IMG/VR virus record: IMGVR_UViG_3300042879_006196
Span: 248,001 to 312,000 of that record
Reading direction: 5' to 3' (one strand)
Length of the DNA stretch: 64,000 nucleotides
How positions within the stretch are numbered: position 1 is the first letter of the stretch; every line of letters begins with the position of its first letter. Shown in pieces: positions 30,985 to 41,085 of this stretch. The translations under genes and the position numbers were made by a program. The notes beneath the pieces were generated by a model. It did no database searches. It was not told where the DNA came from and was given only the letters and a program-made list of their open reading frames with translations.

Positions 30985-31671
30985 ATGGAATTTACTTTTG
31001 GGATTTGTGCCTCTCGCTCAAATAAAGACTTACATCAAACTTTAGCCAGAAGCATTCATCTTTTAAATATACCTAATTATGAAATACTTTTTATCGGTGA
31101 CATAGAAGATGTAGACAGTAAATCAAAAGTAATTTATTTTGATGAAACACAAAAAGAAGGATGGATTACAAAGAAAAAAAATATACTATGCCAAAATGCA
31201 AATTTTGAAAATATTGTGCTTTTACACGATTATATAGAATTTGAAGCAAATTGGTATAAAGGTTTTTTAAATTTTGGCAATGATTTTGATATTGCAATGA
31301 ATGTAATTTTGAATAGTAACAATACTAGATTCAGAGATTGGTGTCTGAATCCATTTGATATTATACCTCCTAAAGGACCTGTTGTAACAAGAGAATTCTT
31401 TTTACCATACAATATCACGCATTTAACAAATTTGATGTATATATCTGGAACTTACTGGGTTGCTAAGACTAAATTTATGTTGGATAATCCTTTGGATGAA
31501 AATTTGATATGGGGACAAAGTGAAGATTTAAAATGGTCTGAGCAGGTAAGATCAAAAACACAATTTAAAATGAACACTAATTCAATAGTCAGATGTATGA
31601 AGTTAAAATATTGTGATTTTACTGAAATATCTCCTGAAAATCTTATGAAGATAGAAGCTCTTTCATCTTAG
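30985..31671 (+). CDS. GT2-like glycosyltransferase
   Basis: FTFGIC, GWITKKKN, VLLHDY, WGQSED.KWS; paralog of 43846-44556. Confidence 0.7.
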   Translation: MEFTFGICASRSNKDLHQTLARSIHLLNIPNYEILFIGDIEDVDSKSKVIYFDETQKEGWITKKKNILCQNANFENIVLLHDYIEFEANWYKGFLNFGNDFDIAMNVILNSNNTRFRDWCLNPFDIIPPKGPVVTREFFLPYNITHLTNLMYISGTYWVAKTKFMLDNPLDENLIWGQSEDLKWSEQVRSKTQFKMNTNSIVRCMKLKYCDFTEISPENLMKIEALSS

Positions 31672-32341
31672 TTAAATCCATAGATGTGTCTTTTGGCACG
31701 TTATTAGGCGAACACACTTTCTTAACATTTTTATTTGATTGCACAGCTAATTCATAAATTGATTTTTTTTCAGTTCCTATATTAAATAAACCTTGAGCAT
31801 TTTTTTCTATCATTTTTATTATTATATCTGCAATTACATTAGTATAATCAAAATTGCCAATTCTGTCCACAAAAGCTTCATTATAGGGAAAAGGGAAATT
31901 TTTGTGTGTGCATCTTAGTATTAAATAATTATCACAAACTAATTCAATTACACAATCTGCAAGAAGTTTTGTCACGGAATACCAATTTTCACTAGGAATT
32001 GGAGGCTGTAATTCCGACGGCTCAACTATTGAATTGTTCGCATAAACAAAATCGCTACTTATATGAACTAATTTTATATTATTATCTTTGCAAAACAAAC
32101 ACAAATCATACACTGCTTTATAATTTACGTTCCAATGTTCTTCCTTCGATTCAGAGTAAGTGTTGGTATTAGCAATACAATTAACAATTGTATCATAGTT
32201 CAACATAGTTTTTTTAAAATTTTCAAAATTACAAATATCAAATTTATGATCTTTTCTAGACAAGTAGTTCCAATTTGTTTGTTTAGTTATTTCAGTGCCT
32301 AATAAACCTTGACCCAAAACTAATATTTTTTTACTGTGCAT
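31643..32341 (-). CDS. RmlD-like NAD(P)-dependent sugar reductase
   Basis: LVLGQGLLG, HISSDFVY, YSVTK. Confidence 0.75.
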   Translation of the reverse strand: MHSKKILVLGQGLLGTEITKQTNWNYLSRKDHKFDICNFENFKKTMLNYDTIVNCIANTNTYSESKEEHWNVNYKAVYDLCLFCKDNNIKLVHISSDFVYANNSIVEPSELQPPIPSENWYSVTKLLADCVIELVCDNYLILRCTHKNFPFPYNEAFVDRIGNFDYTNVIADIIIKMIEKNAQGLFNIGTEKKSIYELAVQSNKNVKKVCSPNNVPKDTSMDLTKMKELLSS

Positions 32342-33626
32342 TTGAAAAACCTTTAACTACTTTTTCTATGTAATTGAAAACAGAATCACTATAATGCGGC
32401 GCAGCTCCAACAAAAAAAACTTTATCTAACACTTGATTCGCTTCTGGATATTTATTGAAATCATCTAGGAAACTATATCCAGGATGTAACAGAATATTTC
32501 CAGCAAAATAATTTCTTGTTTGTATTTTGTTTTTTTCTAAATAAGAAACAAGTGATTGTTTAATATCAAAGTTTTCACAAATAAATGGAGTGCCAAACCA
32601 ACAAGGGTCAGATTTTTCTAAAGTTTTTACCCCTCTTATTCCTTTAATATTATCAATAAAAATCTTTTCAATTGTTTGTTTTGATTTTTTTCTTCTTAAA
32701 TCAATTTCATCAAATTTCTTTAATTGCTCTAAACCTATTGCGCCTTGTAAATCTAATGGTTTCAAATTATATCCCATGTTTGCAAAAACGTATTTGTGAT
32801 CAATTATCCCATGATAATTAGGTAACCAATTATCAAATCTTCTCTGACATGTACCACAAGCAGATAAATTTGCAGAACCAACACAATAACAATCTCGACC
32901 CCACCATGATAAACTTACAAACAGAGATTTTAATTCGTTGTCGTTGCTACAAACCATGCCACCTTCACCAGTAGATATGTGATGCGCAGGGTAGAAAGAG
33001 TTTGAAAAAGCAGAGTAGTAATCTGATATATTTTTTCCATCATATTTGCTACCCAAACTGTCACAATTGTCTCCAATTAAAATGAGATTGTGTTTGTTTG
33101 CTATTTCCTGTAATTTATCCATATCAGGCGGATTACCAAGAACAGGTGAAACAAAAATACCTTTTGTTCTAGACGTAATTTTGTTTTCAATTTGTGAAAT
33201 ATCAAAGTTGAGTGTGTCCCACTCAATATCCACAAAAACTGGTTTAAGTCTATTTTGATATATCACTGAAATTGTAGTGGCAAATCCCACTGGCGACACA
33301 ATGATTTCATCTTCATCACGCCAATCGTATCTTTTCTTTAAAGCTGCAATCAATACTAAATTAGCTGAACTACCAGAATTGACCATATGTGAATGCTTCA
33401 CTCCAAATTTTTTACTGAATTCATATTCAAATTTGTGTACTTTTTCACCAGCAGTAATCCATTTACCATTCAAAAAAGAATTTATTGCTGCTTCAATTTC
33501 TTTGTTGTCCCAATATGGTCCAGAGTAATAAATAGATGTTTTTCCTTCTTCAAAAACATCTGAATTGTATATATATGGTGCAACGTGATTGCCCACCAAA
33601 TTTTGTATGTTTTGTAATTCAACCAC
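32331..33626 (-). CDS. RfbH/E1-like PLP/PMP-dependent NDP-4-keto-6-deoxyhexose 3-dehydratase (DegT family)
   Basis: VNSGSSANL, GDNCDSLGS, SFYPAHHISTGEGG (His at the Schiff-base Lys position), WGRDCYC.....CG.C..RF; GTG start 33626. Confidence 0.85.
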   Translation of the reverse strand: MVELQNIQNLVGNHVAPYIYNSDVFEEGKTSIYYSGPYWDNKEIEAAINSFLNGKWITAGEKVHKFEYEFSKKFGVKHSHMVNSGSSANLVLIAALKKRYDWRDEDEIIVSPVGFATTISVIYQNRLKPVFVDIEWDTLNFDISQIENKITSRTKGIFVSPVLGNPPDMDKLQEIANKHNLILIGDNCDSLGSKYDGKNISDYYSAFSNSFYPAHHISTGEGGMVCSNDNELKSLFVSLSWWGRDCYCVGSANLSACGTCQRRFDNWLPNYHGIIDHKYVFANMGYNLKPLDLQGAIGLEQLKKFDEIDLRRKKSKQTIEKIFIDNIKGIRGVKTLEKSDPCWFGTPFICENFDIKQSLVSYLEKNKIQTRNYFAGNILLHPGYSFLDDFNKYPEANQVLDKVFFVGAAPHYSDSVFNYIEKVVKGFSNAQ

Positions 33627-33632
33627 TTTATA

Positions 33633-33642
33633 ATTGTACAAT
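33633..33642. promoter_or_regulatory. palindromic bidirectional -10 element ATTGTACAAT
   Basis: 6 nt to ATG 33649 (+) and 6 nt to GTG 33626 (-). Confidence 0.7.
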
Positions 33643-33648
33643 TTGATT

Positions 33649-34314
33649 ATGCAAGACAAGTTTAATATTTATTTTCATATTGCAGTGGCACAAAATTGGA
33701 AGCAAAGTTTTGACAGAGTGAACGGTCATTTAGTTGATTCTGGAATACTTGAAGACTGTAATGCTATTGTGTATTCAATTAATGGCAATATTAAAGAAGT
33801 GGCAGATTATGTAAAGGGTAAAATTGCAAATAACGTTTTGTTTTATGCAAAAAACACCTATCATGAAGAATTTGAATTTCCAACTATAAACCTTTTAAAA
33901 TCAGATTGTGAACATGATAATATAAAAGCTCTATACGTTATGTCAAAAAGTGCAACCACTCCATTTACACAACAACAAAAAGATCATATTGATGTAATGT
34001 CGTATTTTAACATTACACAATATAAAAAATGTTTAGAGCTTTTAAATAGTTATGATGCAGTGGGGGTAGATTATCATGACCATCCATATAAACACTTTAG
34101 TGGGAACTTTTTTTGGACAAAATCCTCACATGCTAAAAAACTACAATATTTGTATTGGGAGCCTTGGCGTGAAAATGCTCCTTTGGGAGAAGAAAGACAC
34201 GCCGCTGAAGCATGGGTTTGCAAACCAGATGGAAAATATTATTCTTTACACAATACTGGTATTCCAGTATTTGAAAGACATATTCATGAATATCCATCAT
34301 CCAAATATAGATAA
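33649..34314 (+). CDS. hypothetical, glycosyltransferase-like
   Basis: HEEFEFPT, DAVGVD, HFSGNFFW, RH.AE.W motifs recurrent in viral glycan clusters (recall). Confidence 0.5.
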   Translation: MQDKFNIYFHIAVAQNWKQSFDRVNGHLVDSGILEDCNAIVYSINGNIKEVADYVKGKIANNVLFYAKNTYHEEFEFPTINLLKSDCEHDNIKALYVMSKSATTPFTQQQKDHIDVMSYFNITQYKKCLELLNSYDAVGVDYHDHPYKHFSGNFFWTKSSHAKKLQYLYWEPWRENAPLGEERHAAEAWVCKPDGKYYSLHNTGIPVFERHIHEYPSSKYR

Positions 34315-35109
34315 TATTCTTGTTTCAGGAAGCCAATACTCTTTGCTTATTTCAAAGTTTTCTTTAATTGCATTTTGATCAATTTCAAACTTTTCATAAT
34401 TATCAAGCACGTGCACTAATTCATCATAGTCATCCACTTCTATGATTCCTTTGGTGTTGAAATAATTTGAGATATTTTTGCATCCCCAATAAATTGGAAT
34501 TGTTCCTGTCGCAAAACAATCTACTATCTTTTCTGTGAAATATGAATTGTTGCTAACATTTTCAATACAAACATGGAATTGAAAATCTTTCATAGCATCA
34601 AGCTTGTAATCTAAAGGTCTAAATTGCGGTCCAAAATTAGTAATGGCTTTGTGAGTTGAAATTCTATGTCTAAGCACTTGCCCTGCCGTGAATACCTTTG
34701 TAGATGTAACCATAGAAACAGAGTTTTTATTCTTTTCATAAACATTACAATCTTGCTCTCTAACCCAACATCCACCAACTGGGAAGTTGATTACATTAGG
34801 TAAATGTAATAGTCTGTCATCGTGTGTTAAAATTGTTTTAAAATCGGTGTAGTTTTGAAGTAAATCTTCAACTATGCTATCACCAACCATAAAAGGGCTT
34901 TCTAGCACCCATAAAATTTTATTCGGTGCAGAAATATTTTTGGACATTTCATAACATGATTCCGTGAAAAAGATTGGTCTTTCGTCAATGATTATTTCTT
35001 TTCTTTTCCAATCAAATGGAATAGAAATATCATTGTAAGGACTCCCTGCTGAAATAGCATGAGAAAATTGAGTGTCAAATATTTGAAAAGAATTTTTTAC
35101 TGATGTCAT
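34297..35109 (-). CDS. GT10-like glycosyltransferase
   Basis: ESP, K..A...F.FH.CIEN....YFTEKIVDCF..GTIPIYWG. Confidence 0.75.
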   Translation of the reverse strand: MTSVKNSFQIFDTQFSHAISAGSPYNDISIPFDWKRKEIIIDERPIFFTESCYEMSKNISAPNKILWVLESPFMVGDSIVEDLLQNYTDFKTILTHDDRLLHLPNVINFPVGGCWVREQDCNVYEKNKNSVSMVTSTKVFTAGQVLRHRISTHKAITNFGPQFRPLDYKLDAMKDFQFHVCIENVSNNSYFTEKIVDCFATGTIPIYWGCKNISNYFNTKGIIEVDDYDELVHVLDNYEKFEIDQNAIKENFEISKEYWLPETRILSIFG

Positions 35110-35998
35110 TATATATTATTCCTATTGTGTTATAGCTTGGATGAACTGCCACTGAGTTCAAATTAAAAACGAAATTTTTATTTTTATCCGAAACATATTG
35201 ATTCAAGCCCACTTCATCGAATCCATCCATCACGTATTTTTCAGACATCATGCCTTGATAAGCTTCTTTATAAAAACTTGTAGGCATCATATATGCACTA
35301 TTACAAAAATAAGCTGGATTTGATTGAAGAAGATTGTCTTTAATTTTTGGATTTTTCCATGCACTGTTACTTAAAACATAATCCACTAAAAGATTTTGTA
35401 TTTCACTTGAAACCCTTAATGGGTGTATGCCTTTGTAATAGTGAGTTAATTTATTTACTTGATCAAAAAAATCATATGGATTTTCTTTTGAGTAATTTAG
35501 AGATTCAAAATTCGCACCCCACATGTTTTCAATTTTAATTTGTTCAAAAAGCATTCTAAAGTAACTTCTAGTGTCCACGTCACAGAAATAATCTAAAAAC
35601 GTTTCTATGCTAGGAATTCCTGTGTTAATCAATGGCGCATAGCAAGCAGTTTTGTTCCAATCAATTTTATCTGCATCAGACAAAAAATTATTCCAAGCTT
35701 CAGTGGTTAGAAAAATGTCTTCGTCATACTTGATTATATAATCAGTTTTAGATTCAGACATTATTCTACATTTATCAATGTAACAAGGTTGCAACTGTAT
35801 GTAGTTATTGAAAACTATTCCAGATTGTCGAAATTTATTTTCTAATTCGTCAATGACATTTTTTTTACAAAATATATCATTCAACACATTGATTTGTATT
35901 TGAGATTTCAAATCATCATCAATTTTATAAATTTCCTCACAAATTCTTGTTAAATTTTCTTGTCTTGTATGTGCAATAAAATTAATCTGAAATTTCAT
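35075..35998 (-). CDS. hypothetical, GT-A-like
   Basis: IIKYDED DxD-like motif; cluster context. Confidence 0.45.
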   Translation of the reverse strand: MKFQINFIAHTRQENLTRICEEIYKIDDDLKSQIQINVLNDIFCKKNVIDELENKFRQSGIVFNNYIQLQPCYIDKCRIMSESKTDYIIKYDEDIFLTTEAWNNFLSDADKIDWNKTACYAPLINTGIPSIETFLDYFCDVDTRSYFRMLFEQIKIENMWGANFESLNYSKENPYDFFDQVNKLTHYYKGIHPLRVSSEIQNLLVDYVLSNSAWKNPKIKDNLLQSNPAYFCNSAYMMPTSFYKEAYQGMMSEKYVMDGFDEVGLNQYVSDKNKNFVFNLNSVAVHPSYNTIGIIYNDISKKFFSNI

Positions 35999-36813
35999 TA
36001 ATAATTCTTATACGTTTTTTCTTTGATATATTGCTTTAAATGACAGTCTTTCTTATAACCAACTCGCTTCACTGAACAATAATTTTCAATTAACTTTTGA
36101 TCAATTTGTGATTCTGTAATGACTGAATTGTGATTATTTATTCTATTTGAAGGATCAAATGTGCCGAAAAATGGCGGAAACATCCAAGGTTGACCTGTTT
36201 TTAATGCCATGTAGCCTGGAAACAATTGTATTAAGTCTCTATTAGGGTATATATCGAATGCATTATCTAAATACATCTGGCACAATCTTACAGCTTCATC
36301 AGTGAGAAATGCATACTCCCAGTTACTCACCATTGCATTTTCAACCTCTAAAAATAAGTTCATTCCTTTTTCATCCCAATTATGTGTTTCATATTGTATT
36401 AAAGGATTACCAATTGTAATGTTTGTAAAATCTTTTCCTGTATATGTAAAGTCCCAATTTGGGCAATTATAAAATTGCAAATAATTGACATTTCTTTCAG
36501 GATTAAAAGAATTGATCAAATATTGATTGGCTGAAAATAAACAAAGATGATCAAAATCTATAGGATTAGATCGTAAAAAATAAAGTAAATCAACAAAAAC
36601 TCCAAAAATAAATCTTGATTGATTTACAGGTTGCACCACATGTTTTAATTTTACATTTGGATGATCAACATATGGATGATTGATTATAATTTCGCAATTC
36701 TTGTCAAAATAATTAATATTTTCACACATGTCTTGCAAATCATCATAATCTTGATTTCTTGCATCTCCAAAAATCAAATACAGTGTTTTTGTTTTTTTTA
36801 CACAATCTGACAT
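35998..36813 (-). CDS. hypothetical protein in glycan cluster
   Basis: 271-aa ORF overlapping its neighbours. Confidence 0.5.
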   Translation of the reverse strand: MSDCVKKTKTLYLIFGDARNQDYDDLQDMCENINYFDKNCEIIINHPYVDHPNVKLKHVVQPVNQSRFIFGVFVDLLYFLRSNPIDFDHLCLFSANQYLINSFNPERNVNYLQFYNCPNWDFTYTGKDFTNITIGNPLIQYETHNWDEKGMNLFLEVENAMVSNWEYAFLTDEAVRLCQMYLDNAFDIYPNRDLIQLFPGYMALKTGQPWMFPPFFGTFDPSNRINNHNSVITESQIDQKLIENYCSVKRVGYKKDCHLKQYIKEKTYKNY

Positions 36814-37688
36814 ATTTGTTCTAATCTTTCTCCCACAAGTGAAATTATGTCTTGCTCATATTTTACTACATATTCTTTCATTTTGTCATCTGAATCTAAA
36901 TAATGCAAACAGCTTTTGATTGTTTTTTCTTCATTTTCTAGATTGTGTAACCATCTTCGCCAAGGAGCATTTTTTTCAATTTGTTCTAAGAAATATGTTT
37001 TATCTTCAAGCTTTAAATTGTCAAAAATCACACTATTACTTATGTAAGTAAATTCAGGGGCGTAATTGTAAGCTGATATACCTAGATCGCACAAGATTTT
37101 CAATTCTTCATCAGAATGAAAATCACAATTGTGTCTTTTCACTTTCACTTTATACTTTTCAGCTTTAGCCACGTAACATTTTGTTTTTTCAATATCAATT
37201 GGCGAAATATTTTTACAATCAAAAACCACTGATCCTCCTTGGCACACAATATATTCAACTTTATCCAAAAAAGGTGTAATGTCGTTCAAAGCAATGTCAA
37301 ACAACAATGTTGAAAATTTAGCAATAAAATCTTCTGTTCCAAATTCAAATTTTATATTTTTGTTAGCTTCAGTGAATTCATGCATCCATTTTATACATTC
37401 TGAACTATAACGTCCAGAAAAGTACCAGGGATCTATATGAATCATATCAAATTTTTCAGCATCGAAGGCAATAATTTTTTTATCAAATTTTTCCATACAA
37501 AAATGATCTCTTTCAACTATTAGCTCAGATTTTAAGACTTGATCAATAATTGTTTTGCTTACATAACCATTTTCATGATTGAATTGCCGTTGTGAAAGAA
37601 TAAAACCAATTGGTAATCCACTTTTTAAAATAGATTTAAGAATTGGTTCATTTACTGGAGATATAAATAGTTTAGGAAGTTTTTTCAT
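36798..37688 (-). CDS. tagatose-bisphosphate-aldolase-like TIM-barrel protein
   Basis: SQRQ....GY, ERDH, IHIDPW, FEFGTE, K.HN.D, N.APE pattern. Confidence 0.6.
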   Translation of the reverse strand: MKKLPKLFISPVNEPILKSILKSGLPIGFILSQRQFNHENGYVSKTIIDQVLKSELIVERDHFCMEKFDKKIIAFDAEKFDMIHIDPWYFSGRYSSECIKWMHEFTEANKNIKFEFGTEDFIAKFSTLLFDIALNDITPFLDKVEYIVCQGGSVVFDCKNISPIDIEKTKCYVAKAEKYKVKVKRHNCDFHSDEELKILCDLGISAYNYAPEFTYISNSVIFDNLKLEDKTYFLEQIEKNAPWRRWLHNLENEEKTIKSCLHYLDSDDKMKEYVVKYEQDIISLVGERLEQICQIV

Positions 37689-37695
37689 TTGATTT

Positions 37696-39234
37696 CTACT
37701 CGTTCATTGTCATAAGTTTATTTAAGTTGTACCAACCCATACAATAAAGCAATGTAGCTTCTTCACCTGTGTGTACTCCAGATGAAGATAATTGTATTAG
37801 CGCCACTATAGTGTCAATAACATTCATGTTTATGTTTCTTTGTAAACAAAACGCCTCTAACGTTTTCATTAGTTCAAGATTTTTTTCTGGAGTTCCAGCA
37901 TCAAAAAAACATTGATTGTTTTCAAGCTTCACATAAAATTTATTGTTTTTAATCGCTTCATGATCAAATATCAGATTGTGTTTCATTTTAGCAATATCAT
38001 AATACCAATCACCTTTACTATTGCCAAAACCTTCTCTCCAATCAATTAAAATAAACCCTTCATTTGTTTTAATAACATTTTCAAAAACCAAATCTCCATG
38101 AGCAATGCACTGTTGTGTTGGAAACTTTTCAAATAGTTCGCTTGCGATGTTTATAAGTTCCGATAAAGGTTTTACTTTTCTAAAGTTTATGTTTTGAATT
38201 TCAGAAAAATTGTTTTTTTTGTTTTTATGAAAGTTTTCTATTCTTTTGGAAGCTTTGTCAATGTAAAAATTTTTGAAAAAATTCAAACTAGTGTGTTTAT
38301 ATTTTTGCCATAAATTGTTTTCACACCAAATTAAAAAATTTTCAAGCAAATCTTGTGTTAATATTTTTGATAAAGTAATTCCCTTTACAAAATTGTAGTA
38401 AATGAAATTATTTTTTGAATAACATTCAGGAGCACATGAAGATAACACCTTGCTTCTTTCATAAAGTTTTTTTACTTTTTCTTTATCACTGAAAAATTTA
38501 ACAATTTTTTCATTAACATAATATGTTTCTTCATTCATTTTTGGCAACACGCAAATCTCTTGTTTGAATTGTTTTTGCGCACTTCTTAAAGCAATAAAAT
38601 TACCAATATCTATCCAGTTTTTTGTTTCAACAAAGTCAATGTTCATTTGTTGAAGAATGTGTGCGTCAGATAAATTTTGTGTTTTATTTTTATTCAATTC
38701 TTTTATTGTTAATTCTTTAAATAAATCTATATTTTCAATATAAGCCACACCTGTATAGCAAAATTCTCCCTCTTTGGCAGGCGTATCTTCGATTTTTTTT
38801 GATTCATCATTCAATTCGCTTATTTTTCTATATTGGTTGCTTACAAATGTTTTTGAAAAAACGGCAAAATCATTACTTTTATGAGGCACATTTGAAATAT
38901 AAGTATCACAAGCATTGTAATAAAAAGGTTTATCAATCACGTCGAATGTGCATGATAAAGAGTAAAGCAATGAAGATTGTGTGCTTTCATAGTCATCTAC
39001 TTCAACAAATTCTATATTTAAATCAGAGTGGTTAATCTCAATATAATCTTTAACTTGCTCTTTTAAATACCCTAAAGTTATAATAAATTTTGAAGCTCCT
39101 GGATAACTATCAAATATGTGCGAAATTATAGCTTTATCGCCAAGTTTGATCAAAGCTTTGTTTAGGAAATCAGTAATTGGCTTCAATCTTGAACCAGTTC
39201 CTGAGCAAGTAATTACCACGTCAAAATTTTTCAT
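37696..39234 (-). CDS. nucleotidyltransferase fused to an APH/choline-kinase-like phosphotransferase
   Basis: N-terminal VITCSGTGSRL......NKAL, ACD; C-terminal HGDL.FENV, LIDWR, D..YD.AK. Confidence 0.75.
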   Translation of the reverse strand: MKNFDVVITCSGTGSRLKPITDFLNKALIKLGDKAIISHIFDSYPGASKFIITLGYLKEQVKDYIEINHSDLNIEFVEVDDYESTQSSLLYSLSCTFDVIDKPFYYNACDTYISNVPHKSNDFAVFSKTFVSNQYRKISELNDESKKIEDTPAKEGEFCYTGVAYIENIDLFKELTIKELNKNKTQNLSDAHILQQMNIDFVETKNWIDIGNFIALRSAQKQFKQEICVLPKMNEETYYVNEKIVKFFSDKEKVKKLYERSKVLSSCAPECYSKNNFIYYNFVKGITLSKILTQDLLENFLIWCENNLWQKYKHTSLNFFKNFYIDKASKRIENFHKNKKNNFSEIQNINFRKVKPLSELINIASELFEKFPTQQCIAHGDLVFENVIKTNEGFILIDWREGFGNSKGDWYYDIAKMKHNLIFDHEAIKNNKFYVKLENNQCFFDAGTPEKNLELMKTLEAFCLQRNINMNVIDTIVALIQLSSSGVHTGEEATLLYCMGWYNLNKLMTMNE

Positions 39235-39274
39235 TCATGCATATTATACATAAACTTCGATGTACAATAAAATA

Positions 39275-39949
39275 ATGATTGTAATTTGCACTCATAAAAG
39301 TCCAGATATTTTAGAAAGATTTTTATCTTCAATCAAAAACCATCAAACTGAAAATCATAAAATTTTGATTGTAGAAACATCTGATAGCCAAGATTCTAAA
39401 GTTTTATCTGAAAAGTATCAATGCTTATTTTCAAATACAAATTTGAAATATGAAATTGGCGCTTATGTGCATGCAATTAATTTATATCCTGATGAAGATG
39501 AATATTTTTTATTTCAAGACTCATTAGAAATAGTCAATGATAATTGGGAAGATAATTTCAGGAAATTGTCTCAAGGAGAAAAGCTTGTCACATTGTGTGG
39601 ATATTTTTTAAAAGATGATCCATGCCCTGGGTGCGGAGTTGAAGAATTTGAGTCGTTATTTAATTGTAAGTTTCCAACCGAAGAAGGCTATGCAGTGATG
39701 ACGAATAGCTTTTATATTACACAATCTGCAAAACAAAAACTTAAAAATTTTGGTATTGATAGGTTATTTGCTCATGAAAAAAACGACACTTATAAAACAG
39801 AAAGAATTTTAGGAGCAATGGCACACTATACTTGTGGTATAGCAGATTTATCAGAACTTTTAGGAAATTATATTTGGCAAGTAGATCAGTTTTTGCCTGG
39901 TTTTGGTTTTACAAAATTTATTTTAAAACATATCAGAAAAAGACAATGA
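39275..39949 (+). CDS. hypothetical, GT2-like
   Basis: IVICTH, YEIGA, FQDS; ATG 6 nt after TACAAT. Confidence 0.5.
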   Translation: MIVICTHKSPDILERFLSSIKNHQTENHKILIVETSDSQDSKVLSEKYQCLFSNTNLKYEIGAYVHAINLYPDEDEYFLFQDSLEIVNDNWEDNFRKLSQGEKLVTLCGYFLKDDPCPGCGVEEFESLFNCKFPTEEGYAVMTNSFYITQSAKQKLKNFGIDRLFAHEKNDTYKTERILGAMAHYTCGIADLSELLGNYIWQVDQFLPGFGFTKFILKHIRKRQ

Positions 39950-41085
39950 AAAATATAATCACAAGAAAAAATTGTTTAATTGATCAAAATGAAAATTTAG
40001 AAAATCTTCATGTATTTAAGAATGTTCCTGTCTTCATGGGTTGCGTAGACACTTGTCCAGAAGATGACCTTAAACATGACATGATTTGGCAAATTGACAA
40101 AACTACAGGCTTTATACAATTGAAAGAATTAATTCCACTTGACATTCTGTATCCAGAAGCTCACAATGCAGGAGCTATAGGCAAAATATGGTCTGAACAT
40201 CATCGCGCTTTTGCTAATTTTATCAGAAAAACAAATCCAAACCAAGTTTTGGAAATTGGTGGATCTCATGGAATTTTATATGAGAAATATTGTTCTGAAA
40301 AAACAATACCTTGGACAATTATAGATTTGAACCCTATTCCGATAGATAATTGTAAAGCTGTTTTCAAAAAAGATATTTTTGATGAAAATTTCGAATATGA
40401 TGAAGATTTTGATTGTTTAATTCATAGTCATTTTTATGAACACATTTATGAACCAATGGCAATCATGAAAAAAATGGCATCTTTGATTAAAAAAGATAAA
40501 AAAATGATTTTTTCAGTACCAAACATGCAAAAAATGCTAGAAAAAAAATATAGTAATTGTTTAAATTTTGAACACACTTTCTTTTTGTCAGAACCTTACA
40601 CCGAATATTTATTATCATTATTTAATTTGAAAATATTAGAAAAAGAATATTTTTTAGAAGATCATAGCATTTTTTATTGCGTACAGCATGATGAAAACTA
40701 TGATATAATAGAATTGCCTAATGATTTGTATACTCACAATAAGAATGTTTTTGAAAGTTATGTTAACTATTACCAATCACTCATAATTGATATAAATGAA
40801 AAAATTAAAAATTGTGGTCCAGAAAGCATATTTTTATTCGGTGCACATATTTTTTCACAAAACTTAATAATGTTTGGTCTCGATGTTTCAAAGATTCGCT
40901 GTATTATAGATAACGATGTAGCAAAGCAAGGCAAGAGGTTATATGGCACTCCTTTTGAAGTTTGCTCTCCAAATATTTTAAAAGATATTGAGAAACCTAT
41001 AATAGTTTTGAAGGCTGGAGTATATAACGAAGAAATTAAAAACCAAATAAATGATCTTAACTCTGAAACACTTTTTTATGAATGA
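39946..41085 (+). CDS. NDP-hexose C-methyltransferase-like class I SAM methyltransferase
   Basis: LEIGGSHG, SHFYEH, SVPN, NFEH, FLFGA, DND..KQG.RLYG. Confidence 0.75.
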   Translation: MKNIITRKNCLIDQNENLENLHVFKNVPVFMGCVDTCPEDDLKHDMIWQIDKTTGFIQLKELIPLDILYPEAHNAGAIGKIWSEHHRAFANFIRKTNPNQVLEIGGSHGILYEKYCSEKTIPWTIIDLNPIPIDNCKAVFKKDIFDENFEYDEDFDCLIHSHFYEHIYEPMAIMKKMASLIKKDKKMIFSVPNMQKMLEKKYSNCLNFEHTFFLSEPYTEYLLSLFNLKILEKEYFLEDHSIFYCVQHDENYDIIELPNDLYTHNKNVFESYVNYYQSLIIDINEKIKNCGPESIFLFGAHIFSQNLIMFGLDVSKIRCIIDNDVAKQGKRLYGTPFEVCSPNILKDIEKPIIVLKAGVYNEEIKNQINDLNSETLFYE

